From assembly GCA_003344405.1 (NCBI GenBank), contig NOWV01000176.1, positions 62,001 through 126,000 of the forward strand: 64,000 nt of DNA, in the 5' to 3' direction. Within the stretch, counting starts at the first letter, position 1; the number at the start of each line of letters is the position of its first letter. The DNA comes from Trichoplax sp. H2. Lineage: Eukaryota. The notes beneath the pieces are model-generated. The model did not search any database. It was not told the origin of the DNA and worked only from the letters and a program-made list of their open reading frames with translations. Made by a program: the position numbers and the translations under genes. This document shows, in pieces, positions 1 to 12,559 of this stretch.

Positions 1-13
1 AAGAGGATAGTTC

Positions 14-445
14 GACTGATTGGAAGTGTTTCTTGACTCTCTTCAATACATCAATTGGCTGTACTGCGTCCATCTTACAGTATATTGCCCATTTGTCTAT
101 TAAAATGACGTTTCCTTTACCTCTTGTTCTGCCTAATCTCTCTCCATTTTTGTTGACCGAGTTTTAGCTCATCATTGAATATTATTCTTGAATATTATTA
201 TGAGGGAACTCTGCGAGTAATACTGTAGTGTAGTGTAGAATCTACATGAGTAAAACAGAAAGAGAATAGTGCGACTGATTGGAAGTGTTTCTTGACTCTC
301 TTCAGTACATCAAATGGCTGTACTGCGTCCATCTTACAGTATATTGCCCATTTGTCTATTAAAATGACGTTTCCTTTACCTCTTGTTCTGCCTAATCTCC
401 CTCCATTTTTGTTGACCAAGTTTTAGCTCGGTCATTGAATGTTAT
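14..445. repeat. Direct duplication of a ~170-bp non-coding block (copies ~14-183 and ~273-445, period ~259 bp)
   Basis: GACTGATTGGAAGTGTTTCTTGACTCTCTTCA...CCATTTTTGTTGACC occurs twice, nearly identical. A more degenerate echo begins near 517. Confidence 0.9.
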
Positions 446-1265
446 GATGAGGGAGCGGTCAGAGTAGTAGTGTCCAATCAACAGTACAGTGGTAGGGCAT
501 CAGACAGAGAAACGCGAGACTGATTGCAAGTGATTGCAAGTGTCTCCTCTCAGTGTCAACAAATGACCGTCGGCCAGAGTGTACAGTGTACAGTACCAAA
601 TACCCAAGACTACAGTACTTTTTCCTCCTTCGACTGGAAACGGCACTCTGCCAATGGATGCTGAATCGCTGATGCGTCAACTACTGACGTCATTGCTTCT
701 CCTCCCCCTCCATCGCAAACATGCCTTGGCAGTTGGTACTATACAGTGTAGACGCATGCCGTCCAACTCAGCGAAGCATCGTCAGGCAGTCACGTCCCGG
801 GTAGACAGTGCGCACTGGAGTGAAAAAGAAAAGCTGCAGAAATGGCTGTCTTGACGTAAAACTATACTGTACTGTATTGATGGACTACTCCATCCAATCT
901 TCGACTCTCTCTCTTCATAGCCATGTACATTGTGCGATGACCGTGAATCCACAAAGAGTGGATTCACTGTGAATGCAGAGGTTGGAACGGCCGCTGGATA
1001 CAACTTGAGCGGTAGTATTCTACAGTACTGTGGAAAACCAACTGCACATGCGCACGCTTTACTCCAGGACTGGACTGGCCAGTCTACAGTACCTCTCAAG
1101 ATGGCTTGGTACTGTAGGGCGGACATGGACTGTAGGCATGGGACAAAAGCCGACCTGCGCCCTTTAGCATTTGCAAGTTTTTCGCTCGTGCCGTAGTACT
1201 GACTAGATTGGCTCGCCATCATCGTTCTTTCGCCATTTTTTCCACCTCAATTATTTTCCTTCATC

Positions 1266-4005
1266 ATGAGTTGGCAAACTTATATTGACTCTAACTTGCT
1301 GGGTACCGGTAAAGTGACACAAGCTGCTATTTGTGGCTTAGATGGAAACTTATGGGCATACAGCAAAGGCTTTCAGGTAATGTTCAGTGAACTCATCCTC
1401 ATGTACCCCTAAAAAAGAACTTTCCATGTGGCCTTGATCAAGAGGCCTTCAAAAAAATCTCACTACAGCCTAATTTCCTCACCAGTCATGTTGCTTTCAT
1501 TCTTGACCAATGTTAAAAATGCTTGCAATAGGCCAAAAAAAGAATTTTATCCATACAGTCATGGTACACCTCTTGCGATACGAACTGGATGACGGAGGAA
1601 GAAACCTGTTTTCGATCATTCTCCTCTGGCGCTTTTTTCCAATCCTGGACTTGCTTTGCAGTCCAACATTTTCACATATCTCGTCCGTCATCCAATGCGT
1701 TAAGCTTCTTCAAAATCATTCAAATAGACAGGCTACTGTAGTGGCTCAATCTTGCTTTAAATAATCATGGGCAATATGGATCGATCGTTAGTATGGAATC
1801 ATGACAACTCAGCTATCCAATAGATACACGTTTTCTTCTTTTCAACTTTTAATTTCTTCCGAAGAATCAGTTTTGAAATATTCTATACTGTACTCTACTA
1901 GACCAAGACACGGTTGAACAGGGCCCAACCCTGTTCAACCTTCAAACTCTCTCATGCCTGTCATGTCTTTCTCTTGCTTGAAATAGCTCAAATCCAACCG
2001 ATGACAGTCTACAAGTACAATTGTACCCATCCATCATGGTTATCGTTGATTTCAACAATCAACGACAGTTTTTCTCCTTGACTAGAAAATACAAATCAGG
2101 TATGATTCAAATAGGCAATCTTAGTTGTCGTCGCTGCAAGGATTACTTCACGTGATGCCACGCTAGTAGTAGTACTATAAATGGCCACTTGAAATGGGCT
2201 AGGGCTACAGACGAATTGGATTGAAAGCTATCATTTCCTTCGCTCCATTCCAATTTTCAATAGACTTCGCACAGAATGGACAATATTGCTCAAGCAAGAT
2301 AAAAAATCGCCATGGAATGTCGTAGTTCCCTTAAAATAGAGTGAATGACCATACTGACAAACAATTCAAAACTCGGATCGTCGTCATTGACTGATGAAGA
2401 AAGCTCGAGATAGAGATCGAAGAAGAGTAAAAGTAAAAACGTCCACAATGTGCATTCATTCTTATGAAATCCACGATCGATAATCCTTTATGACCACTAA
2501 TGCATATTGATCGCCATGAGAATAGAAGGACTACAATCTATTTTCTTACAGAAATTGTGATAAAATAATGATAACATCAACTACGGTCATGGCACGGAAT
2601 GGGGTACGCTGATTGATCGTAGCAAAGTACGCTCTTGACGATCGAAATCAACCCCTTGCAAGGATCTTAGAGAATCATACTTTATTGTTCATTTCTCGCT
2701 TAATCTCATCAACAGAACGCTTTTTTAGCCCCTTACAAACGGTATGCAATCTTGTAGAATTCGATTGCAATGGACGTGCGGACAATTAGCATCGTGTCTA
2801 GAGATGACATTTTCTTACATGATTCGTTCGCATCGATCGTATATTTGAATTTCTGCCCTACAAGACTTGGCTTTCATGAGTGCCTACCGCATTGATGCCT
2901 GAAATTAATTCACTTTAGTCAAACTGGGATTGATCTATTAACAACTTAAACATACTACGGTGGAGAAGTGCAAGCGAAGAATTGATATTGTACCGTATTG
3001 TTGTATTCAGACAGAAACCTTTTAGCCTAACGTTTTAATCGATCGTATGTATTCATTTACCAAGGTGGAAATCGAATGCAGGATAAAGTACAGAGAAAAA
3101 TCCCTTTCTTTCTGAGTCAATATATACGATACTGCAGTTTCCATGCCCTATGCGCATGGTTTGCTATCCATTTCCTCTTTTATCGAGAAGCAAAACTATT
3201 AACAAATGATGGCACGCCATACTCTTCAAATGTTTTTGTTATCGAAACGTGTTAAAAAAATTGAAAGTAGAGTAAATTTAGTGGATTTTAATTGCATTAA
3301 TAATTCGTCATTCTTTGTTTTATTCTGGCAGTCGTACATTAAATTCATTCGTTGTAATGATAGTCATTGTCAAGGAAGCTGCTCCAAAGTTGCGTAATTG
3401 CTCAATGTGAAATAAAAAGGGACTGCAAGTTAACTACATAATACTGCATTGGATTCATGATTATCGATGAATTGAATGTAGCTACTACAATATACTCACT
3501 GTTGATCCGTGATTGCAAAAGGTTGCCTACAGTCCTACTTGGGTAGAACTTTATCTATACCATTCAAATCACTAATTACAGTATAAAAAGAGGAAATAAC
3601 GACTATACTAAAAAATGGGATTACAATAATTGTACTTGATCCAACTCTTGAATTTCTTGTTCATGATTATACAATCGTCAAAAATCGATATTCTAATGAA
3701 ATGATATTATGCTATTATTATATCTTTAGCCTACTCCAGCAGAAGCAACAGCCATCATTAAGGGCATCCAAAGTGATAGCTCGGTATTAGCCGCAAGTGG
3801 AATTAAAGTTAATGGTACCAAGTACATGTTTCTACAAGCAATAAAAGATGAATTCGCTTACGGCAAAAAAGGCAATGACGGAGTTTGTTGCATCAAGACA
3901 GGCCAATGTTTGATTATTGGCACCTATGAAAATGGTATTCAACCTGGAGAGTGTTCTGTAGCTGTTGGAAAAGTGGCCGATCACTTGAGGAATAGTGGTT
4001 ATTAA
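1266..4005 (+). CDS. Profilin (paralog 1), 2 exons: 1266-1376 and 3730-4005, 128 aa
   Basis: Exon 1 MSWQTYIDSNLLGTGKVTQAAICGLDGNLWAYSKGFQ ends at CAG|GTAATG. After TTTAG, exon 2 reads PTPAEATAIIKG...GIKVNGTKYMFL...YGKKGNDGVCCIKTGQCLIIGTYENGIQPGECSVAVGKVADHLRNSGY*. MSWQxY, GxKY, GKKG and the C-terminal L..xGY are profilin hallmarks. The intron is phase 0. Confidence 0.95.
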
Positions 4006-7000
4006 TAAGTTGAACGATTAGGATATCTTGAGAACAGTTTGTGTTAACTACAGTATTAATTACTTTGATAATTATCGTACCGTAATGTACTACCGTCATG
4101 CTGCTATTTACGTAAAATGCCGAGTTAACGTAGTGCTGTACTTTCGATTGTAACCTTATTAGGCATAAATAACCTAAATTAATAATTTTTACAGCAACCC
4201 AATTTTGGTATCTTGTCCGATGGACTTCATGATTTAGTGCAGGATAGTGTGTGTAATGGGCAGGCCTACGTTCAAAATAGAGATTTAGCAAAAATAATCA
4301 TTTAGGCGGAATAAATATTTCAAATGGTTTTGTTTTGTCGTATAGATTTGATTCAGCTTAATTGGTCATATTTTGCTGTTATGTGTTCTTTCTTCCTACT
4401 CTTTACGATAGCAATCATAATTCTTTCCTTTGATAAAATCAGTTATTTGGATCAATGGGTTTTATATCATAACTAAAGCTAGATAAGTTGATGCCTACTT
4501 TCATAAATCCTTGCTAAACCTACTTCAAACTTGACGTGGTTAGTTGTTTGTTGGTGTAATGATGAATAAATCTTGTGGATTATCGTAATAGCTTTGAAAG
4601 AAGATTTTTATTGTCATCAATGGCTAGAATGATTGATGCTTTGCAAATTACTCGACAATAGTACAACCGATTGGTAGTATTGCTTGGGGTCAATATGAAT
4701 GAATTAATTAAACCACTGCTGCTATCTTACATTCTTCACTATTTAGCACTGTAGTCGCATGTCTACAAATTAACTCTCAGCCAACTGATCCAAGAGTGAT
4801 CAATACTGTCGCATGTACCTGATAATAATACTCCTTGAATTCAGCATGGATCGCTATAAAATTAAGCTACATAATAAATTGAAGGGAAAGAATGATTTGT
4901 TCGTACAACGGGAATGGTATAGCTAGTCCAAGATTCTTTAAAGCGAGAATTTAACCCAACATTAATAGTTATAAATTGCAAGTGATTCCATTTATATACT
5001 GTAATTGTAAAAGTTGGATGCGACGATACTACTCATGATCGAGTTGGCACTATTTACTCTTTGCTGTAAAATCGATTGCTTACCATCCATTCTAAACCAT
5101 CATGGCTAATCTAGCGATCCATAATATGAAGTACAGTAGGCAGTCAGTCGTGTAGAAAACAAATTGATCATTATGGCTTGATGTGGATTGCAATAGGAGA
5201 AAAAAAAATCGACCCGTATAAGCAGGGAACTTTCGGCGTCTTTTCACGACCGCTGATCTACAGCAATATCATTAGGTCCAATGTTAAATATACATACTCT
5301 AAATGCTTGTCTACGCGTACAGTATATATGGATTGCTCGTATCTACTACATTAATTCATAAATTGCTTCTTGGCATGGTCATTCATATTAAAATTTTATT
5401 GGCTGCATTACAATCCTTGTATCATAAATATCAAGTTATACTCGTTGCCGAGCAATCTTGCTTAATCTGCTTTTATATTCATTCGGGTGGTGCCACTTTA
5501 ATTCACCTTTATCCAATGGTCCAAGACAGTCCAATTTTTCCAATTGACCTATCGTATAATTAATTATCAGCACTATCAGTGGCTCAATACTACACAGGAA
5601 GCACAAATCAATATAGCATAATCACCAATTGCTAAACTCTGTAGAAGAGAATGGCCAGTATTGTTTTAAATTCAATTCAAATAATAAAGCAACACTACTT
5701 GTGATACTGTATTCAAGACAATTTGAAAAAATGGAGGTCAAAAATAATAATTAGAAATAAATACCATATTTAATCATGATACAAGCGCCAAGATCTGACC
5801 ATTGAATTCATCTAGAAAACTCTATCCAGTCACAATTCATTACCAATGCAAACTTATTTCTACCCTTTTGTCACTAGCAAAATCAGTTAATTCAATTAGA
5901 TAGATATCCATGGCGTATGCTATCCGACACTTAAACCGAAAATAGACGCGACTATTCCTTTGTAAGTTAGCCAATTTGGAATATCAATAGCGCTTCAAAG
6001 GTGATTTTATTTGCTAATTCATTTCCTATCCAATGATACGATAAAGCATCTCGTTGGTTTTATGCGGATAATCCAACTTGCTGTGGAAGCAATTGATTTT
6101 AGGTAGGTGTAACAGCGGAATAGAAATGTATGTAGTGAAAATACATGATTAAAATCTACTCTGCTGTGCATATGGGATTCTTATGTACTACTGTAGTTAT
6201 GACATATTCATTTATGTTGATATAGAATTCAAACGGAGTTAGTATAGATTAATGTAGGCTTACAGAGAATGCATCCAAGATGTGTGTTTTCAACGTCTAG
6301 CTGTGAATTAGATAGTACTTTGATGCTTAACTAGTTTAATCATGTCGTGCCCATACATAACATATACAGTAGTTTCTTTAGTTTCATTTAGTAGATGCAT
6401 CTGTCATACACCACCAGTGGCAAAGTAGTCTCCACACGCCAATGCTTATGAAGAACGATTCTTACTAACTTAAAGAGGTGAAAATTCGCTATAGCAGCAA
6501 AATAATTCAGTTCCAACGACCCAATACCATAGTATAATTATAGCGTCTGTGATAGTGTAGACGAGGTAGTCAGAGATTGACTACTATTGATTCCTGAAGA
6601 AATATTGACAACCAAGATTATAGCCTTGACAATTCAATAGCAATTGACAAACTAGTAGACTAACTAACTAAAAAGTGGTCTTCAGGCACTAGCCTTTGAT
6701 CGTCTCGTCAGAAACTGCTGGTGTACATAAAGTAAAACTATCCTTCTAAATAACAGTGCATCATCATATTAATCAAAGGTTAAACAGATTATATGAAGAA
6801 ATGACAACGTCAATTCACACAAACAGTTTTTAATATTACTCAATAATTAAAACGAGCTTACGCATGGTAACTGCATCGAACGATGAAATTCTTCTCTACC
6901 GTCAATGATAGGATCAAGTTGACTTCAACGCAAGAAATACAGTATATCCAGTTTATGCTACTAATGCGTAAGATACCATCCTAAGCGGCCTTTCAACTAC

Positions 7001-7156
7001 CATCTGCAGGATAATCTGAATTTACATTACAACACCAAACGCTTAGCTCTGTCTGTAATCATTAGAAAGCATCATTTTCTTTTAAAGTAATCAGGCCAAT
7101 CTCCCTGTTAAGAATTAAAGCCAACTTTTATCCTTTTTGGCGCTAGATTAAGTATA

Positions 7157-8280
7157 TCTTTATCAATATTCAAGTACCTTATATAAAGGATTCGAAATTG
7201 GAAAATCTTGGCTCGATATCGATGGTAAGATTTTTGAATTCAAATCCGCCTGATTTGAAGAAGAGATTTATTTCAATAATGATTGCCTTATAACCATTAC
7301 TTAGCAAAATCTTATCAGTATTCAAGTACCTTATAACCTCGTATAGAGGATTCGAAATTGGAAAACCTGGGCTCGATATCGATGGTAAGATTTTTGAATT
7401 CAAATCCGCCTGATTTGAAGAAGAGATTTATTCCAACAATGATTGCCTTATAACCATTACTTAGCAAAATCTTATCAGTATTCAAGTACCTTATAACCTC
7501 GTATAGAGGATTCGAAATTGGAAAACCTGGGTTCGATATCGATGGTAAGATTTTTGTCTTCAAATTCTCCGGATTTGGAGAAGAGATTTATTTCAATGAT
7601 TGCCTTATAACCATTACTTAGCAAAATCTTTACCAATATTCAAGTACCTTATAACTTCATATAAAGGATTCGAAATTGGAAAACCTTGGTTCGATATCGA
7701 TGGTAAGATTTTTGAATTCAAATTTTCCGGATTTGAAGAAGAGATTTATTTTAATAACGATGGCCTTATAACCATTACTTAGCAAAATCTTTATCAATAT
7801 TCAAGTACCTTATAACTTCATATAAAGGATTCGAAATTGGAAAACCTTGGTTCGATATCGATGGTAAGATTTTTGAATTCAAATTTTCCGGATTTGAAGA
7901 AGAGATTTATTTTAATAACGATGGCCTTATAACCATTACTTAGCAAAATCTTTACCAATATTCAAGTACCTTATAACTTCACATAAAGGATTCGAAATTG
8001 GAAAACCTTGGCTCGATATCGATGGTAAGATTTTCTTCTTCAAATCCGGAGAATTTGAAGAAGAGATTTATTTCAATAACGATGGCCTTATAACCATTAC
8101 TTAGCAAAATCTTTATCAATATTCAAGTACCGTATAACCTCGTATAAAGGATTCGAAATTGGAAAACCTTGGCTCGATATCGATGGTAAGATTTTACTTC
8201 TTCAAATCCGGAGAATTTGAAGAAGAGATTTATTTCAATAATGATTGCCTTATAATACGCACCATTCCTTAGCAAAATTA
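7157..8280. repeat. Tandem satellite-like array, ~7 copies of a ~160-bp unit
   Basis: ATTCAAGTACC(T/G)TATA...GGATTCGAAATTGGAAAA...TCGATATCGATGGTAAGATTTT...TTAGCAAAAT recurs at about 7168, 7320, 7480, 7638, 7799, 7960 and 8121. Confidence 0.95.
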
Positions 8281-11200
8281 TGTCATTTGGCACATAGAAA
8301 TTCTCTACAATATGCCACCACAAAAGGTAAAAGAGGCCGTAGGCATACATTCAACAACAGCTGGAGATTTAATCGCAAAAATGCAATAAGTAAATCTTAC
8401 AGTATTCCTTCGTCCAAACCTACCTTTTGCAACATCTTCATTTTCATGATACTGTAATATGTTGATAAGCTTCTTTGTTGGTCAACGGATAACGTATGAG
8501 ACACATTTGACTTCCTAGCACTGTTATAGTTATCGAAGATCACTATTAATTATTCGATTACTGTATAGCATTGTACCGGATAATACGTCGTTAACTCTGG
8601 TAAGTTCTACATTCTCGTCGATTTGATAGATGTATGATTCGATACTCGTATATACAATTATTGTACAATGTTCATGTTCATAAGGACTCACGAGTTGTCC
8701 TCTTCTTTTCATTATTACGCTCTTCGTGGATTCTCAATAAAATCCTGTTATCCCCTAACATCAACATGCTTGTGTCCTCGTTGATGATGTAGGCTTTTTA
8801 TAAACAAACCCTTAATATCACAGATACCACAAGCACTCTTTAACGATTCCAATACCAATCACATTTCATAGCCATTATCCTTTATAAGAACTGCCAATTC
8901 ATCCTAAATTAATATCCACTACAAGTATTAGAATTTGAATTTATTGGCCAACCATCTGAGGCCGGCAAATCAATACGAGTGGTATACGTGTATACTCGTA
9001 CAATTTAGAGCAAGACCAAGACTATGTCAGCTAATTATAATTTCTTATGACGAATGAGCTATATGGTATTACAAGCGATAATCATTGGCAATAAAGGGAT
9101 AAAATGCATTTCTTTTTGACGTGTGGCAACCAAATTTTATGTCTAAGTCCTTTTCCGTATATAGGATACAGTATTCCTAATGATTCAACACGTTATGAGA
9201 TAAACTATCATTGAAAACTAGTGTAACTCCACCTACAGTAAATCCAGTCGACACGTTGCAGACAAATTGTACTGCCATTTTTGGCGCTTGGCTTTTCCAT
9301 GGCTTTATCAACCTTATTTACTCTACTTACTAGCTAAACATCCTGTTGCTTCGCTGACATAGATATCATAGGTTCATCGAAAATGACAACATCAGCAGTG
9401 TTGTAGAACAGTTATGAAATTTTATTTTACTGAGTGTACAAGTGTACTATAATGACCAATATTTATTGGCCATCTCATGGCCTCAGGCTTTTACTGTAGG
9501 TTCGCTTAAGTTAAAACCTTCACATGAGCGGTGTGTGCAACAATGGCAAGCGGTAATTTGCCGTTTTCATCTCATTTATTAGTTGAGTTATTAACTCTTT
9601 TAAATTGTTTTATTACAATATACGTTTACCACAAATTTCTCTCAATACTGTAATAAAAGCCACTCGGCGTGTCTATTTTCTCTTTAGATATAGAAAAAGG
9701 GAAAAATTAGGACTTCAACGAATGTAAAAATACAATACTTTATACCAAACATGTAGGCATCTATATAAGAATAGTTAAGGCATACAACAATCATTTCTGT
9801 ATATTTTGCCATCTAAAAATCGGAAGAATTAGTAAACATGCCGTACACTATCGTACAGTAGGATATACTGATTTATGCAGTATACATTACAAAGACAGAG
9901 ACTACATATTCACTAGCAAGCTACTCATTCTTTACGGAGCTTATTTTTTACTCTATGTCAATGTTGAAAATCGACTGTATCCATCTAGCTTCACATTTAT
10001 ATGAGCTAACTTTGTTATGATAGCGAAATCTACGAAAAAAGTCGGTAGTACGCTGACTGAAATGTAAAAATACTACTGCACTTTTAGAAAAGCAAAGCTA
10101 ACAATCATGGACTACTCAATGCACCTAGTAGTCCATGCAACAACATTCGATTAAGCTAAGCTCTCAGCATTTTTAAGAAATATGCACGCTATCGTACGGC
10201 CACATATTGGTAAACCTTACAAAAAAACATTTCACTTTAAATTTCCCTTGCCGCTTTTAATGCAATAACAATCATAGAGATATGCCGCGGACTACTTCCT
10301 GACAAATTTACTAGTCTAACGTTAAGCACTTCCATTGACTTGCTACGAATTACTACCCTAATTTATCGTAAGATCTAGTAAGAATATAGTACTGCTACGC
10401 CTAAGGGCTATCCTTCTAAAAGGATCACGATCGGTAGACACATTGCACTATAGCCTACAAAACAGCTTTAGACTATAACCCTGAAACAGGCATGGGCTTC
10501 TAGAAATATACACAAGTAGTTCAACGTAATTCTAGAAGCCCATGGTAGAAAACTGTATACTATACACTCCTAAAGTAAGATTACGCTTTATGCAGAATTT
10601 AAAACAGAATGATCGATCTCAACTGATTTAACTTCTGCCAATTCTGTGATCGGTAAGTGAAATTTCGTGACGCACAATCAGCTCAGAACGTAACACACGC
10701 CTATCTCAATGGAGACTCATTATACTCTTATAGCTTATAATTATCCGATAAATTGTAAAGTAAGGTATGTTTACAAATAACCGATAAATTGATATACAAG
10801 ATTTATTGCTGTAAACATGAAGACCATATTGCATGGTAATGATGTCGGGTGAGATCTTGTAGTTTATTGTCAATGCTAAATTAGAGCAAAAGAAATCGCA
10901 TGCATGTGGTCTGCTGCAATAGTTTGGAAATGATAGTGTGATTAATTAGGTTACCTTAAGAAAATTAGACAGAGAAAGGTTTGTTACTATTTAACCGACC
11001 TTATTGCTCGTATTCAATATGTTGTTGATCCGATTTAATTGAACTTGGATCAATACGTACTTTAAATTTATTTTTAAAAGTTAAATGTGGCTTAATTTAT
11101 TATCTAATTATGCTACTAGATCCAATTTTGGTTAGTTCAAATTTTAACTTTTTGACACCATTTCCAACTCAAATCTCGCCTTTGGTTATGTTTACTGGAT

Positions 11201-12559
11201 TCACCTATCCAGAATGTAGCCAATAATTAATTACACTAACCGTATTTTAAATAATGGCTTTTGTCAGATCGAATCATATTTGCGTACCTAGAAAATGTTA
11301 TTTATTATCCATTAATTAATTAGTTAATTCCCTATAGAATTCAGCTGTACCGTGGAAATTAACGGCCCCAATGTTAAATAAATTACTGTACACTATTATA
11401 CTGTACATTCTAAAGCCTTCTGTTATTATTACAACTACAATAATAAAATGACTGCAAAAGAATCTTAATGTACTGTACTGTCTCTAGCGAAATTTCTATC
11501 TCTTTGTCAATTATTTTGATGTTGCTCAATTCGTAGTCTGCATTATTAAGTATAATAGCGATAAAAAGTTTTCGGAGTCAACTGAGTAGAAAATAGACGC
11601 GATTTACAAAGTTGAAAGTCTGATGAAAGTTTTCAACAATTTTTTAAGCAGTAAATTCTCTCATTTCTCCGCATGAGCTACAATCTGAATTAAAATCAAC
11701 AATCTTCAACATTAAAATTTTTTTACTTGCTTTAAATAAGAACTAAAAGTAATATAAAATAAATAGGCCCGATCAGTTGCTCAATCAAACGATGATTACT
11801 CATCTGAAATGGTTCAAATAGGGCTTGTTTTCATATAAGCAACTTCACACAACAACTTAAAAAATAGTGTTGGAATGATCTAATTAACTTGTAAAAGCAT
11901 CAATTTTTACCGTAAAACCGGTATTTAAACTAGTTTACAAAAATACATTTGCCTTCTAAGTGAAATTAGCATGTAAACACCTGTAGTAAAAACTCTCTCG
12001 TAAGTTCCAATTGCAATTTTGAATTAGACATAAATTATTATGCAATGTCCGTACTTTCGCTAAAATTATATAGCCAAGATAATACAGTATAGTTCACGGA
12101 TAGTATTAGGGACTTCTTTTACATTTCGCTCTACATCTATATCTGATTTTGAAATGAGTAAACATTATTGAAAAATCCTGCCTACGGCTATGAGAAAAAT
12201 ACCTTGACTTAAGGTATGGATTTATCTCAAGCCTAAATTGATTTAATTTAAAATCCTTAATTTAAGCTTGATTTTAATTCAATCATGTTAATATTGCAAG
12301 CTAATCATGTTATCGTGTCGTATGGTAGCAATTAAATTGAATAGATAGAACCATTTTAGACGACGCAAGATTGTAGGCCCAGACATAGCCATCTCATACT
12401 GTTTTTAACCTGAGGCGTGCCTCAGGCATGCCTTAAAGGCATGGGAAGTATGGGTATAAATTCATCGGATTTCTTGTAGCACAAATATATTCACTTGTAG
12501 TACTTGTGAAAACAACATCAATATTTCTCGACCATTTAGACCTCACCCTTTTTCTAACT

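Noticed and set aside
198-1764. Overlapping ORFs of 64-146 aa around the profilin 1 promoter and intron
   Set aside because: No recognisable domain; explained by locally higher GC content.
7179-8457. ORF-track proteins inside the 160-bp array; CRISPR-like appearance
   Set aside because: Unit lengths are mostly not multiples of 3, frames break between copies, and there are no unique spacers or cas genes. It is a eukaryotic tandem repeat.
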